Source: Candidatus Nanoarchaeia archaeon (GTDB lineage Archaea; Nanobdellota; Nanobdellia; Woesearchaeales; JANQNE01). From it: a stretch of DNA of 64,000 nucleotides. The notes under the pieces were generated by a model, which had not been told where the DNA came from, ran no database searches, and saw only the letters and a list, made by a program, of their open reading frames with translations. Position 1 is the stretch's first letter. Each line of letters opens with the position of its first letter. Below are positions 35,452 through 43,792 of the stretch, piece by piece. Made by a program: the position numbers and the translations under genes. Where the stretch lies: the NCBI GenBank assembly GCA_028279725.1, contig JANQNE010000012.1:71348-135347 (forward strand), in the 5' to 3' direction.

Positions 35452-36381
35452 ATGAAAAAAATAGGCCTATGGCTTCCTTCAAGGAAGAACTATAAAAGAG
35501 AGAAAGGAGAAGAGGATTCCTGGCTGTTAAAAGAAGTGGCTGATGAATTAGCTTCTAGATTGAAGAAAGAAATAAAGGGGAAGTTCTTTAATGACCTTAA
35601 TTTTAAGGAGGCTTTTGTAGATTCCGGCAAAGTATGGGTCAATGATGTATGTATGAATGACCTGGATGCTTTCCTGTGGCTTGGAAAGATAAGAGTGGGG
35701 CCTGGGAGCTATCATCTTGAAATATTAAAAGCGATGAGAAGCAATGTTATGAATTCTCCTGATGCGATAGAGATTTGTGCAGATAAGTTCAAGACCCAGG
35801 CATTGTTAAAGAAGAACAAGATAAAAGTTCCTGAAAACTTATTGTTTAATTATGGATATGATAAAGTAAGTTCGCACAGGCCGATAAATAAATTTCTGGA
35901 AAGAAACAAAGAAGTTCTTATAAAGCCAAGATATGGCGGAGCTGGAGTGGGGATAATGAAAGTGGACAGCAGGTCTGACCTTAAAGCTGCCATGGAATAC
36001 TCAGACAAGAGTATACATTTTATCGAGCAGTTTATACCTCATAAGCTGAAAGATTTTATCGGAATAAATGTGATCAACGGCAAGTTTATCCATGGATATA
36101 CTAAAGAAGGAGATTACATTGTAGACGGATGGAAGCCTTATTCAAACAGGCCAGGTGGCATGGTGGTTAAAGAGGCGACTAAAGAGCAGAAGAAAATTGC
36201 GCTGAAAGTTGCAAAGGTTGTGGGGCTTGATTTCTTTGGAGTGGATATGATCACAGATAAGAAAGGAGATACTTATGTTGTTGATATCAATACATTTCCA
36301 GGATTATATCCTGAGATACTGTCTAAGCTGAAAGTTGATGCTATTGGTGAATTAGTCAGTTGTGTTAAGAATAAGTTATAG
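35452..36381 (+). CDS. ATP-grasp ligase, RimK/glutathione-synthetase-like
   Basis: VLIKPRYGGAGVGIMKV (Gly-rich ATP loop), HFIEQFIP, and the C-terminal GVDMITDKKGDTYVVDINTFPG. Confidence 0.65.
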   Translation: MKKIGLWLPSRKNYKREKGEEDSWLLKEVADELASRLKKEIKGKFFNDLNFKEAFVDSGKVWVNDVCMNDLDAFLWLGKIRVGPGSYHLEILKAMRSNVMNSPDAIEICADKFKTQALLKKNKIKVPENLLFNYGYDKVSSHRPINKFLERNKEVLIKPRYGGAGVGIMKVDSRSDLKAAMEYSDKSIHFIEQFIPHKLKDFIGINVINGKFIHGYTKEGDYIVDGWKPYSNRPGGMVVKEATKEQKKIALKVAKVVGLDFFGVDMITDKKGDTYVVDINTFPGLYPEILSKLKVDAIGELVSCVKNKL

Positions 36382-36445
36382 TTTTTATTACTTCTTAGTG
36401 GTTACAAATAGAAAGATTTATATATTAGTAAAGCATAGTATATGT

Positions 36446-37033
36446 ATGAAAAAGGCATTAATTATCGACCATGGAAGCTCTCTAATGGGTGAATTATTGA
36501 CATCTGTAGGTGATAGAGGGTATGATGGTGTTTTAAAGAATTACAAAAATCTTGGAAAAGCTGATGTTGGGCAATATCATGCTGTAATCTCTGGAGGAGG
36601 TAATTCAAAGATAGCTGGTAATCCTGATCTAGAAGATGAGCTTAGAATCTGGGATGAATGTGAAGTGAGAGATATCCCTATGATGGGAATATGCCATGGG
36701 GCCCAGATAGGAGCGCATAATTCCGGCGGAAAATATTCTAAATTAAACAGTGCGCGTAAGGGTATATTTGATGATTATAAGATAGAGAAAGATGATCCAT
36801 TATTGAAAGGAGTTGAAAATCTGACCGCACTGGAATGGCATGATTATAATATAGGCAGTGTTGGGGAAAGTTATGAAGTGCTTATGACTGATTCTAAAGG
36901 CAATATACAGATCGGAAGGCATAAAGATTCAAGAATCTATCTTGTTGAGTTTCATCCAGAAGCTAACAGGCCAAAAGATAATCCAGTGACAAATGGCGGA
37001 AAAATAATCAATAATTTCTTAGAAATGAAATAG
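36446..37033 (+). CDS. Class-I glutamine amidotransferase-like protein (GATase1 / peptidase C26 fold)
   Basis: Cys nucleophile motif MGICHGAQIG and His motif LVEFHPEAN. Confidence 0.65.
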   Translation: MKKALIIDHGSSLMGELLTSVGDRGYDGVLKNYKNLGKADVGQYHAVISGGGNSKIAGNPDLEDELRIWDECEVRDIPMMGICHGAQIGAHNSGGKYSKLNSARKGIFDDYKIEKDDPLLKGVENLTALEWHDYNIGSVGESYEVLMTDSKGNIQIGRHKDSRIYLVEFHPEANRPKDNPVTNGGKIINNFLEMK

Positions 37034-37633
37034 TTATTTTTTATAAGGTATGCTGTCAAGTATCTCATACATCAGCTTCTTTCCTACTCCTTTTTCTGCA
37101 TGACCCTGGATGCCGATATGCCTTGGATTTGATCTTGCCTTGAAGACTTCATAGATCTTTCCTTTTGCACCATTGTGGAATTCCTGGTCGCTAGATGCTA
37201 TATGTTCTAATTTTGAATCTGCTCCTTTCAAAGGGATGCCCCAGCTGTGAGATTTATGTATGTGCTCTTTCTTGCCTTTGTATTGGATCTGCTGTTTTCC
37301 TTTCTGATGTGATGATAATCTTTTTGAGTCTACGCCGTGGTGTTTTGCTAATACCTGAGCTCCGTAGCATGTTCCTATTATGTATGTTTCTTTGTGTGCG
37401 TTTTTTATTATGTAGTTGCTTACTTCATCATTAAGGTTTTTCTTTACCCTACTTCCTGATAGGTGGATAATGTCATAATCTTTTAGGTCTTTTTTTGACA
37501 ACTGCTTTACCTTATCATGAGTTACTGAATGTACTGTATATGAATTATCAGGGTGGTTTGTGTACATATTTTTAAGATGAGAAATATAGCTAGAACCATG
37601 GTCAACAACCAGGACTTTTTTGTTTTTAGTCAT
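37034..37633 (-). CDS. Class-I glutamine amidotransferase-like protein, paralog
   Basis: VLVVDHGSS, IIGTCYGAQVL and HIGIQGHAEKG. The start was trimmed to the internal Met to remove an overlap with the GNAT gene. Confidence 0.6.
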   Translation of the reverse strand: MTKNKKVLVVDHGSSYISHLKNMYTNHPDNSYTVHSVTHDKVKQLSKKDLKDYDIIHLSGSRVKKNLNDEVSNYIIKNAHKETYIIGTCYGAQVLAKHHGVDSKRLSSHQKGKQQIQYKGKKEHIHKSHSWGIPLKGADSKLEHIASSDQEFHNGAKGKIYEVFKARSNPRHIGIQGHAEKGVGKKLMYEILDSIPYKK

Positions 37634-38094
37634 ATTTTCCTGTACATGTTTATGGACTGATCTTTGAAGCTGAATTTTTTGTACATGTCTATAAGGGATC
37701 TGTTTGACTTGTATACTGTCAGTGTTAATCCTGTTGCTTCTCTTGACCTGAACCATTGTGTAAGCGCCTCTAATAGTTTTTTTGCAACTCCCTTTTTCCT
37801 ATATTTTTCTGTAACATACAGGTTTCCTATAGACCCTCTTCTTTCATAGCCTGTGACTCTTAGTGACCTGTATATCCTTCCTATAATCATGCCTATCGGC
37901 CTGTTGTCTTCTATTGCTATGAATACTGCTCTCCATTCTCCCTTTATGTCCCTTTCAAGATAGTCTCTGTAGTTTTCTTTTACTTTTTCTATAGGGAGGA
38001 GGGTCTTGTTGTGTTTTCTTTCATCTTCTTTTGATTCCAGCTTTAGCTTAAAGAGCTGTTCAAAATCATCCATCGTTGCTTCTCTTATTTCCAT
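37630..38094 (-). CDS. GNAT-family N-acetyltransferase
   Basis: Acetyl-CoA-binding motif IGNLYVTEKYRKKGVAKKLLE. Confidence 0.7.
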   Translation of the reverse strand: MEIREATMDDFEQLFKLKLESKEDERKHNKTLLPIEKVKENYRDYLERDIKGEWRAVFIAIEDNRPIGMIIGRIYRSLRVTGYERRGSIGNLYVTEKYRKKGVAKKLLEALTQWFRSREATGLTLTVYKSNRSLIDMYKKFSFKDQSINMYRKI

Positions 38095-39113
38095 CTTTTT
38101 ATGTCTGACAATACTCTTTTTGACAGGTTGAATCTTTTTGATCCAGGGAATCCTGGAAATACGTTGACTTCTATTACTATCGGCTTCTTTGTCTTTCCGT
38201 CAAACATTATGTCTATGCCTGCGAATTTTGCTTTTAGTGCAGATGCTGAGTTAATTGCGTTTGTTTTTGCTTTGGCTAATAATGATTTTGGGATCTTTTT
38301 CAGGAAATTCTGTGTCTCTCCTTTCCCTCCCTGTGAGATATTCGTTGTTACTGATATATCTTTATTGCTTCTTGGATACATGTAGACAACTTTTCCAAAG
38401 CTTACATACACCCTTAGGTCGAACTTTCTTTCTTCTATGAGATAAGGAGAGATCTCTTCTTCTATTGTTATGTCCTGTTTCAATAGCTGTTTTAGGAAAT
38501 CTTTGTCTTCTATATTTATGAAAGACCAGCCATAGTCTGATTTCCTGCTTTTTATCTTTTTATTTTTGAACCTGAAGTTTGTCTTGCAGCTGTCTTTTGT
38601 GAGAAAGGTTATGCCTTTCCCCATAGCTCCATATCTTACTTTTATGAAAAGGTTTTTTCTTTTTGATAATGATGTTATGTCTTTTATGCTTCTTGTGGTT
38701 ATTGTCCTTGGAATGTCTACTTTGTATTTTTTTAGGATCTCTTTTGTTATTTCCTTGTCTCTGTCTAAGTGCATCATCTCAGGGTGTATCACATAGTGGA
38801 TATTTTTGTTTTTGTATGCTGATTCTGTATTTTTTTGTATCCTTTTGCATACCTTTACGAATCTTTTGTAGAACTTCTCGCTTCCGTATACTCCATGATA
38901 ATGTTTTGGCTCTATATATGTATCCCAGTATTCGAAAGGAAAGAAGTAGTAGATGATTATGTTTTCTGTAGTTATTTTTGGGAATCTTTTTGACAAGACT
39001 TCGTTGTAGGATAGTGTCTTGAAGTTTTTTGATGAGTTTCCTGATCTTGCAAACTTATTAAAGCTTTCCCAGTCTTTTTTGTCTCCTATAGCTAAGATTG
39101 TTGAGTCCTTCAT
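38085..39113 (-). CDS. ATP-grasp-fold ligase-like protein (YheC/D / TTL-like)
   Basis: KVRYGAMGKGITFL, DLRVYVSFGKVVYMYPR, and GIDIMFDGKTKKPIVIEVNVFPGF. Confidence 0.5.
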   Translation of the reverse strand: MKDSTILAIGDKKDWESFNKFARSGNSSKNFKTLSYNEVLSKRFPKITTENIIIYYFFPFEYWDTYIEPKHYHGVYGSEKFYKRFVKVCKRIQKNTESAYKNKNIHYVIHPEMMHLDRDKEITKEILKKYKVDIPRTITTRSIKDITSLSKRKNLFIKVRYGAMGKGITFLTKDSCKTNFRFKNKKIKSRKSDYGWSFINIEDKDFLKQLLKQDITIEEEISPYLIEERKFDLRVYVSFGKVVYMYPRSNKDISVTTNISQGGKGETQNFLKKIPKSLLAKAKTNAINSASALKAKFAGIDIMFDGKTKKPIVIEVNVFPGFPGSKRFNLSKRVLSDIKRWK

Positions 39114-39158
39114 AACAGCTGTTTTGTTTATAAGATATATATTTGTTTTGGTTGTGGA

Positions 39159-39174
39159 CTACGCTTGGTGCTAT
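39159..39174. promoter_or_regulatory. 16-nt motif CTACGCTTGGTGCTAT (copy 1) in the pyk promoter/leader region
   Basis: Identical to 53505..53520. Both copies are followed by GCAAYC..CAAWGTTTT and a TATA-like element. Confidence 0.45.
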
Positions 39175-39193
39175 GCAACCCAAAGTTTTAAAT

Positions 39194-40615
39194 ATGGATA
39201 ATATTTTGGATAGGTTAAGAGGTGATAGGGTGAAATTTACAAAGATCGTTGCGACTATTGGGCCAGCGTGTGATTCTTTGGTCAAGCTGAAAGAGCTGAA
39301 GAATGCTGGGATGGATGTTGCAAGACTTAATTTTTCTCATGGTGATTATTCTTATTTTACTGGTGTGATAAAGAAAGTCAGAAAGGTCTCTAAGAGGGTC
39401 CCTATATTGTTAGATACTAAAGGTCCTGAGATAAGGACTGGTATTGTCGATAAGCCTATTGAGATCAAAAGAGGGCAGGTTATCGCATTTACTCCGCATA
39501 AGGTTTCTGGGAGCAGTAAGTTGATCCCTATAAATTACAAAGGGCTTGCTAAAGATGTTAAGAAAGGAAATACGATCTTAGCTGATGATGGTAAATTAGA
39601 ATTTAAAGTACTGGGAAAAAGAGGTGACCATGTTATCTGCAGGGTCATGAACAGCGGTCTGGTGAAGTCGCAGAAATCGATGGACATTCCAGGGGTTTCT
39701 GTGAGCTTGCCAGACATAACTTCTAAAGATGTAAGTGATATAAAGTATGGGCTGAAGATGGGTATTGATATAATTGCAGCATCTTTAGTTAGAAGTGCAA
39801 GTGCTATCAAGAAGATAAAGAAATTAGTGGGAAAGCATAATGTTATGGTTATCGCTAAGATTGAGCATCCTGATGCGATCAAGAATCTGGACAGTATATT
39901 GGAAGTTAGTGATGGGATAATGGTTGCCCGTGGTGATTTAGGGTTAAATATCCCTACTGAAGAGGTTCCTGTCGCTCAGAAAAAGATAATAAAGAAATGC
40001 AATGCTGCTGGAAAGCCGGTTGTTGTTGCAACACAGATGCTGGAATCTATGACAGAGAATCCCAGACCGACAAGAGCTGAAGCTAGTGATGTTGCGAATG
40101 CAATATATGACGGAGCAGATGGTGTTATGTTATCAGGAGAAACTGCTGGTGGAAAATATCCTGTTGTGTCTGTCAAGACTATGGCAAAGATATGTGAAAT
40201 ATCTGATGGGCATTATAAGCATAAGATGATGGATGTTGACAGAAGGGAAAGTATTCCTGAAAGTATCTCTATCATTGTTAATGAGGCAGCAGAAGAGATG
40301 GATGTAACTGCTATCGTAGCTCCTACTTGTTCTGGGTTTTCAGCTAGATTGATAGCGAAGCATAAGCCAAGAGTTCCTATTATTGCTTTGACAAATAATG
40401 AGAGAACAATGAGGCAAATGGGAATTACAAGAGGGGTATTTCAGTTTGAGTCCATACATCATGACCTGAAGAAATTAACTGTAGATGCTATAAGGGATGC
40501 TGAGAAATCTAAATTAGTCAAGAAGAATGATAAGATAATATTAGTGTATAATACAAGCAAGATGCTTTGTACAACAAATGCTGTAGAAATTAGAGAAGTT
40601 AAAGAGTTTGTCTGA
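39194..40615 (+). CDS. pyk: Pyruvate kinase
   Basis: VKFTKIVATIGPA N-terminus, and the motifs MVARGDLG and ATQMLESM. The alternative start GTG 39230 gives (M)KFTKIVATIGPA; the ORF-track start at 39143 is too far upstream and overlaps the shared motif. Confidence 0.85.
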   Translation: MDNILDRLRGDRVKFTKIVATIGPACDSLVKLKELKNAGMDVARLNFSHGDYSYFTGVIKKVRKVSKRVPILLDTKGPEIRTGIVDKPIEIKRGQVIAFTPHKVSGSSKLIPINYKGLAKDVKKGNTILADDGKLEFKVLGKRGDHVICRVMNSGLVKSQKSMDIPGVSVSLPDITSKDVSDIKYGLKMGIDIIAASLVRSASAIKKIKKLVGKHNVMVIAKIEHPDAIKNLDSILEVSDGIMVARGDLGLNIPTEEVPVAQKKIIKKCNAAGKPVVVATQMLESMTENPRPTRAEASDVANAIYDGADGVMLSGETAGGKYPVVSVKTMAKICEISDGHYKHKMMDVDRRESIPESISIIVNEAAEEMDVTAIVAPTCSGFSARLIAKHKPRVPIIALTNNERTMRQMGITRGVFQFESIHHDLKKLTVDAIRDAEKSKLVKKNDKIILVYNTSKMLCTTNAVEIREVKEFV

Positions 40616-41626
40616 TTATTTATCCCAAAGCTTGTAACGTGTGTTGGTTCTGTGTTTTTCCTCTATCTCTTCTGCCCAATCTTCATGTATCTTCCATCCC
40701 ACAAGTTTTTCTTTTTTGCAGGTGTGGTTTGGCAATATACGTTCGTCGAAATCTTTCTTTCCTTCATGTTCTTTAAGCATAGCTGCCCATTTCTCTCCAT
40801 TTAAAGTTGGCTTTCTGCCATAAGCTTTACGAAGGTTGTATGCTGCTTTGTGGTGATTTTCATTAATTAATTTTGCATATTCTTTTACAACACCCCAATA
40901 GGACAGTTTATCTCTGTTTTGTTTGACTATGTCTGTATCCCTACCTTTACTAGCTCTATATTGTTTTAGTATTTTTTCTGAAGTTAAAGTATCTTTTTTA
41001 ACTGGAGTTTGGTATCCTTCAGATGGATCCGGATCTCCATCATAAGATGTTGAGGTATCTTCCTGAACTGTTGAGTCTTCTGGTGTCATAGCTTTAGCAA
41101 CTACGTCGCTCAGTTCCTGGTCTGGTGTTGAGTCTGTTGAAGTTGATTCTGTTTTTGGTATGACTGCTACTGAGTCTCCGCTTGCTAATTCTAATCCTTT
41201 TCTTGATAAATTTCCTATTGTATTAGTTATTCCAGATTTTGCTGAATAAAAAACAGAAGATATCTTGTTTCCTATTGTAGTACGATATATTGCTCCTGCA
41301 GTGATCAATATAGAAAGTGCTGCAGTAAGAGCTAATCCTTTAAAAGAAATTCCTTTGTATACTTCTTTCTGTTCTTTTAGTTTTTCTATATTTATGTAAC
41401 CATCAGCGTCTATTTTTGAACGCATATAGCTTACGATCTCTTTCTGCTCTTCTGCATCCCTTGCTGGAAGCATAACAGAAAATCCATCTTTGTCAGAAAG
41501 CTGTTCTTTTTTAAGTTCTTCAAATTCGTCAGTGTGAGAAGTTTGTTCTGGCTTAGAGTCCTCTTTACTTTGTTCAAGCTGTCTCATTAAATTCTGATTT
41601 GCTATTTTTGAAGCTCTCTTCGCCAT
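40616..41626 (-). CDS. Bitopic membrane protein, hypothetical (operon member 4)
   Basis: A charged N-terminus of about 100 aa, a TM LALTAALSILITAGAIY, then an acidic/Ser/Thr-rich ectodomain. Confidence 0.5.
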   Translation of the reverse strand: MAKRASKIANQNLMRQLEQSKEDSKPEQTSHTDEFEELKKEQLSDKDGFSVMLPARDAEEQKEIVSYMRSKIDADGYINIEKLKEQKEVYKGISFKGLALTAALSILITAGAIYRTTIGNKISSVFYSAKSGITNTIGNLSRKGLELASGDSVAVIPKTESTSTDSTPDQELSDVVAKAMTPEDSTVQEDTSTSYDGDPDPSEGYQTPVKKDTLTSEKILKQYRASKGRDTDIVKQNRDKLSYWGVVKEYAKLINENHHKAAYNLRKAYGRKPTLNGEKWAAMLKEHEGKKDFDERILPNHTCKKEKLVGWKIHEDWAEEIEEKHRTNTRYKLWDK

Positions 41627-41634
41627 TTTTCATT

Positions 41635-42699
41635 TTATTTTAATAGTCTATCTGCCTGTTTTGCATAAGCATTATCGATCTGCTGCTGTGTAACTCCCAT
41701 ATCGACAAGCATCTCAGCTATCTTTTCTGCTTTTGATTCTTGCCCTTGCACCATGTAGCCAGCCATCTTTTCTAGAGCGTAGTTAGCTATCTTAGTCCTT
41801 AGATCGCCTTCTTCCTGAAGGGAATATTCCTGGTTTAAGCCTCTTGCCTGATCTTCAAGATTGAAAGCTTTTACTATAGCTTCTATCGCATCATCAATAT
41901 CATGATTTTTGAACTCGTTTTCTGCTGTCCTTAGCTGTTTAGCAGATTCATTATGCAATGATTGTGAATATTTCCTCTGCATCTCAGGAACTTTTGAATT
42001 ATATTCATCGCTGTGTCCTGCTGCAAGCTGAGAATATTTCAATGCCATCTCATAATCTCCTTTTTTTGCGAACTTATCAGCTTTTCCAGCCAGATGCCTT
42101 GCAATGTGTCTTTTCTTGCTTCCGAAAAGATTTCTTCCCTGATCATATGATTGTGATTTTATCTGTGCACCTTCCTGTTTTGGAAGAGGTGTAGTCTGAG
42201 GCATGAAGTTTGATGCTCCATATCTTGGAGTTGTTGAAGACTGACCCTGGATGGTTGCATATTTATTAAGGATCTTATCGAGCTGGTCTTTGCACTCAAC
42301 TGTTTTCAATTGTTTATTATCTTTATTATCATATAGGTCGAAGCTTTTGTCTATGTTAGCTCTTATTACAATTGTATCTCCTCTTCCCATATTTGCTTTT
42401 TTAACCAGATCTTCGATTCCATCTTTTATGCAATCTCCTACTGAGTTTCCTAAGAATCTTAGATCGTTAGCATCTTTAGCTCCTTTGAATATCAGTTCCA
42501 TAGCTTTTTTTGTAGTTCTTCTTATCGAGCTTGGGTCTGATCCATTGATAGCTACTTTGAATGGTTCATTATAAGCTATATTTCCTCTCTGAAGCAAATG
42601 ACCATGAGCATTTATTTCCTGATCTGAAGGTCCAGCTGTAGCTTTAGCTACTCCAACTGCTGTCAAAATTGCCATGAATGTGTTAAAGATCTTTCCCAT
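41635..42699 (-). CDS. Secreted or N-anchored hypothetical protein (operon member 3)
   Basis: N-terminal signal/anchor IFNTFMAILTAVGVAKATAG. Confidence 0.5.
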   Translation of the reverse strand: MGKIFNTFMAILTAVGVAKATAGPSDQEINAHGHLLQRGNIAYNEPFKVAINGSDPSSIRRTTKKAMELIFKGAKDANDLRFLGNSVGDCIKDGIEDLVKKANMGRGDTIVIRANIDKSFDLYDNKDNKQLKTVECKDQLDKILNKYATIQGQSSTTPRYGASNFMPQTTPLPKQEGAQIKSQSYDQGRNLFGSKKRHIARHLAGKADKFAKKGDYEMALKYSQLAAGHSDEYNSKVPEMQRKYSQSLHNESAKQLRTAENEFKNHDIDDAIEAIVKAFNLEDQARGLNQEYSLQEEGDLRTKIANYALEKMAGYMVQGQESKAEKIAEMLVDMGVTQQQIDNAYAKQADRLLK

Positions 42700-42700
42700 T

Positions 42701-43792
42701 TTATTCTCCTTTGCAGTATTTTTCAGCTTTCTGCAATACGTTTTCTATGTTTTTATTGTAATTTGATCCTATTGTGACATCTTTCTGAAGCTTTCCTTTT
42801 TGGTCAAGCATCATAAGATGATATTTTCCATCATCCTGCCATTCCAGCTTTATTGAGCTTAATTTTCCGTCTTTAAGCAATCCGTCTATGTGGCTTTGTG
42901 TGAATTCATTGATAAGTACATTATCAAGCTCTACAAGGATGTTGTATAATCCTTTGTCTCTTGATGTTCTTTGGACCATATCTGGTGATTGTGAAGTGTA
43001 AATCTCAAAAAGTGCTCCTGTGAATTTTGACGGAGCTTCGTAATTACAGTTTATGTTAGTGTTAGCACCTACTCTGTAATCTAAAGTAGATTGTCTACGA
43101 GCTGTTTCTGCTTTGTCTGCTTCGATTGTACTGTCTTTTTTTGCTATCTCTGTTCTTATTTTTCTTGCTGCTCTTTTCTTTTTAATCAAAGTGTAGATTG
43201 AATCTGAAAGATCTTTGTGTCTGCTGACTTTTAGACCATAATCTCCCATCAAGTCGTCCATATCATCAACTAATCGTTTTTGTCCTGCTACAGGTTCTCC
43301 TTTTATCAGTCCTACTTCTTCATTCAATACTTTTTTAGCAGCTCCATAATTTCCTTTTAATATATGTCCTATTACTTTAGTATTTCTTGCATCATATTTT
43401 GCTTTTATAGCTTTTCCTTGCTTTAATGTGTCTAAAAGACCAAGCAAATCTCTATCTTGAACAGTTTCTGTCTGTTTTTTAACAGCTTTGTAAGCTTCTC
43501 TTACTTCTCCTTTTTCTAAGTGCTGAGTAACGATTTCTCTTATATTATCTGAAGTTTTTTTGATAGTAGCTTCTTGTTTAGCAATCTCTTTATCTCTCTG
43601 AACAACTTTTTGTTCTGCTCCTCTATGTTGAAGTTTGAATACTCCTGCAACAGCTAAAGCAAGTGCTCCTAACCCGCCTAATGTGTATGTAACTCCTCTC
43701 AATAATGGACTTCTCCTCCATATATTCATCCTCTGGCTGCTTGCTCTGCCTTTCATCGCTTCTTTTATTGAGTGTGGAATCCTGCTGCTCAT
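42701..43792 (-). CDS. Bitopic membrane protein, hypothetical (operon member 2)
   Basis: A basic N-terminus then the TM YTLGGLGALALAVAGVF. Confidence 0.5.
   Translation of the reverse strand: MSSRIPHSIKEAMKGRASSQRMNIWRRSPLLRGVTYTLGGLGALALAVAGVFKLQHRGAEQKVVQRDKEIAKQEATIKKTSDNIREIVTQHLEKGEVREAYKAVKKQTETVQDRDLLGLLDTLKQGKAIKAKYDARNTKVIGHILKGNYGAAKKVLNEEVGLIKGEPVAGQKRLVDDMDDLMGDYGLKVSRHKDLSDSIYTLIKKKRAARKIRTEIAKKDSTIEADKAETARRQSTLDYRVGANTNINCNYEAPSKFTGALFEIYTSQSPDMVQRTSRDKGLYNILVELDNVLINEFTQSHIDGLLKDGKLSSIKLEWQDDGKYHLMMLDQKGKLQKDVTIGSNYNKNIENVLQKAEKYCKGE

Noticed and set aside
39143-39193. The upstream ORF-track start for pyruvate kinase (MFWLWTTLGAMQPKVLN...)
   Set aside because: The extension is encoded by the shared 16-nt regulatory motif and a TATA-like region. 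The conserved PK N-terminus (KFTKIVATIGPA) begins later; ATG 39194 or GTG 39230 is more plausible.
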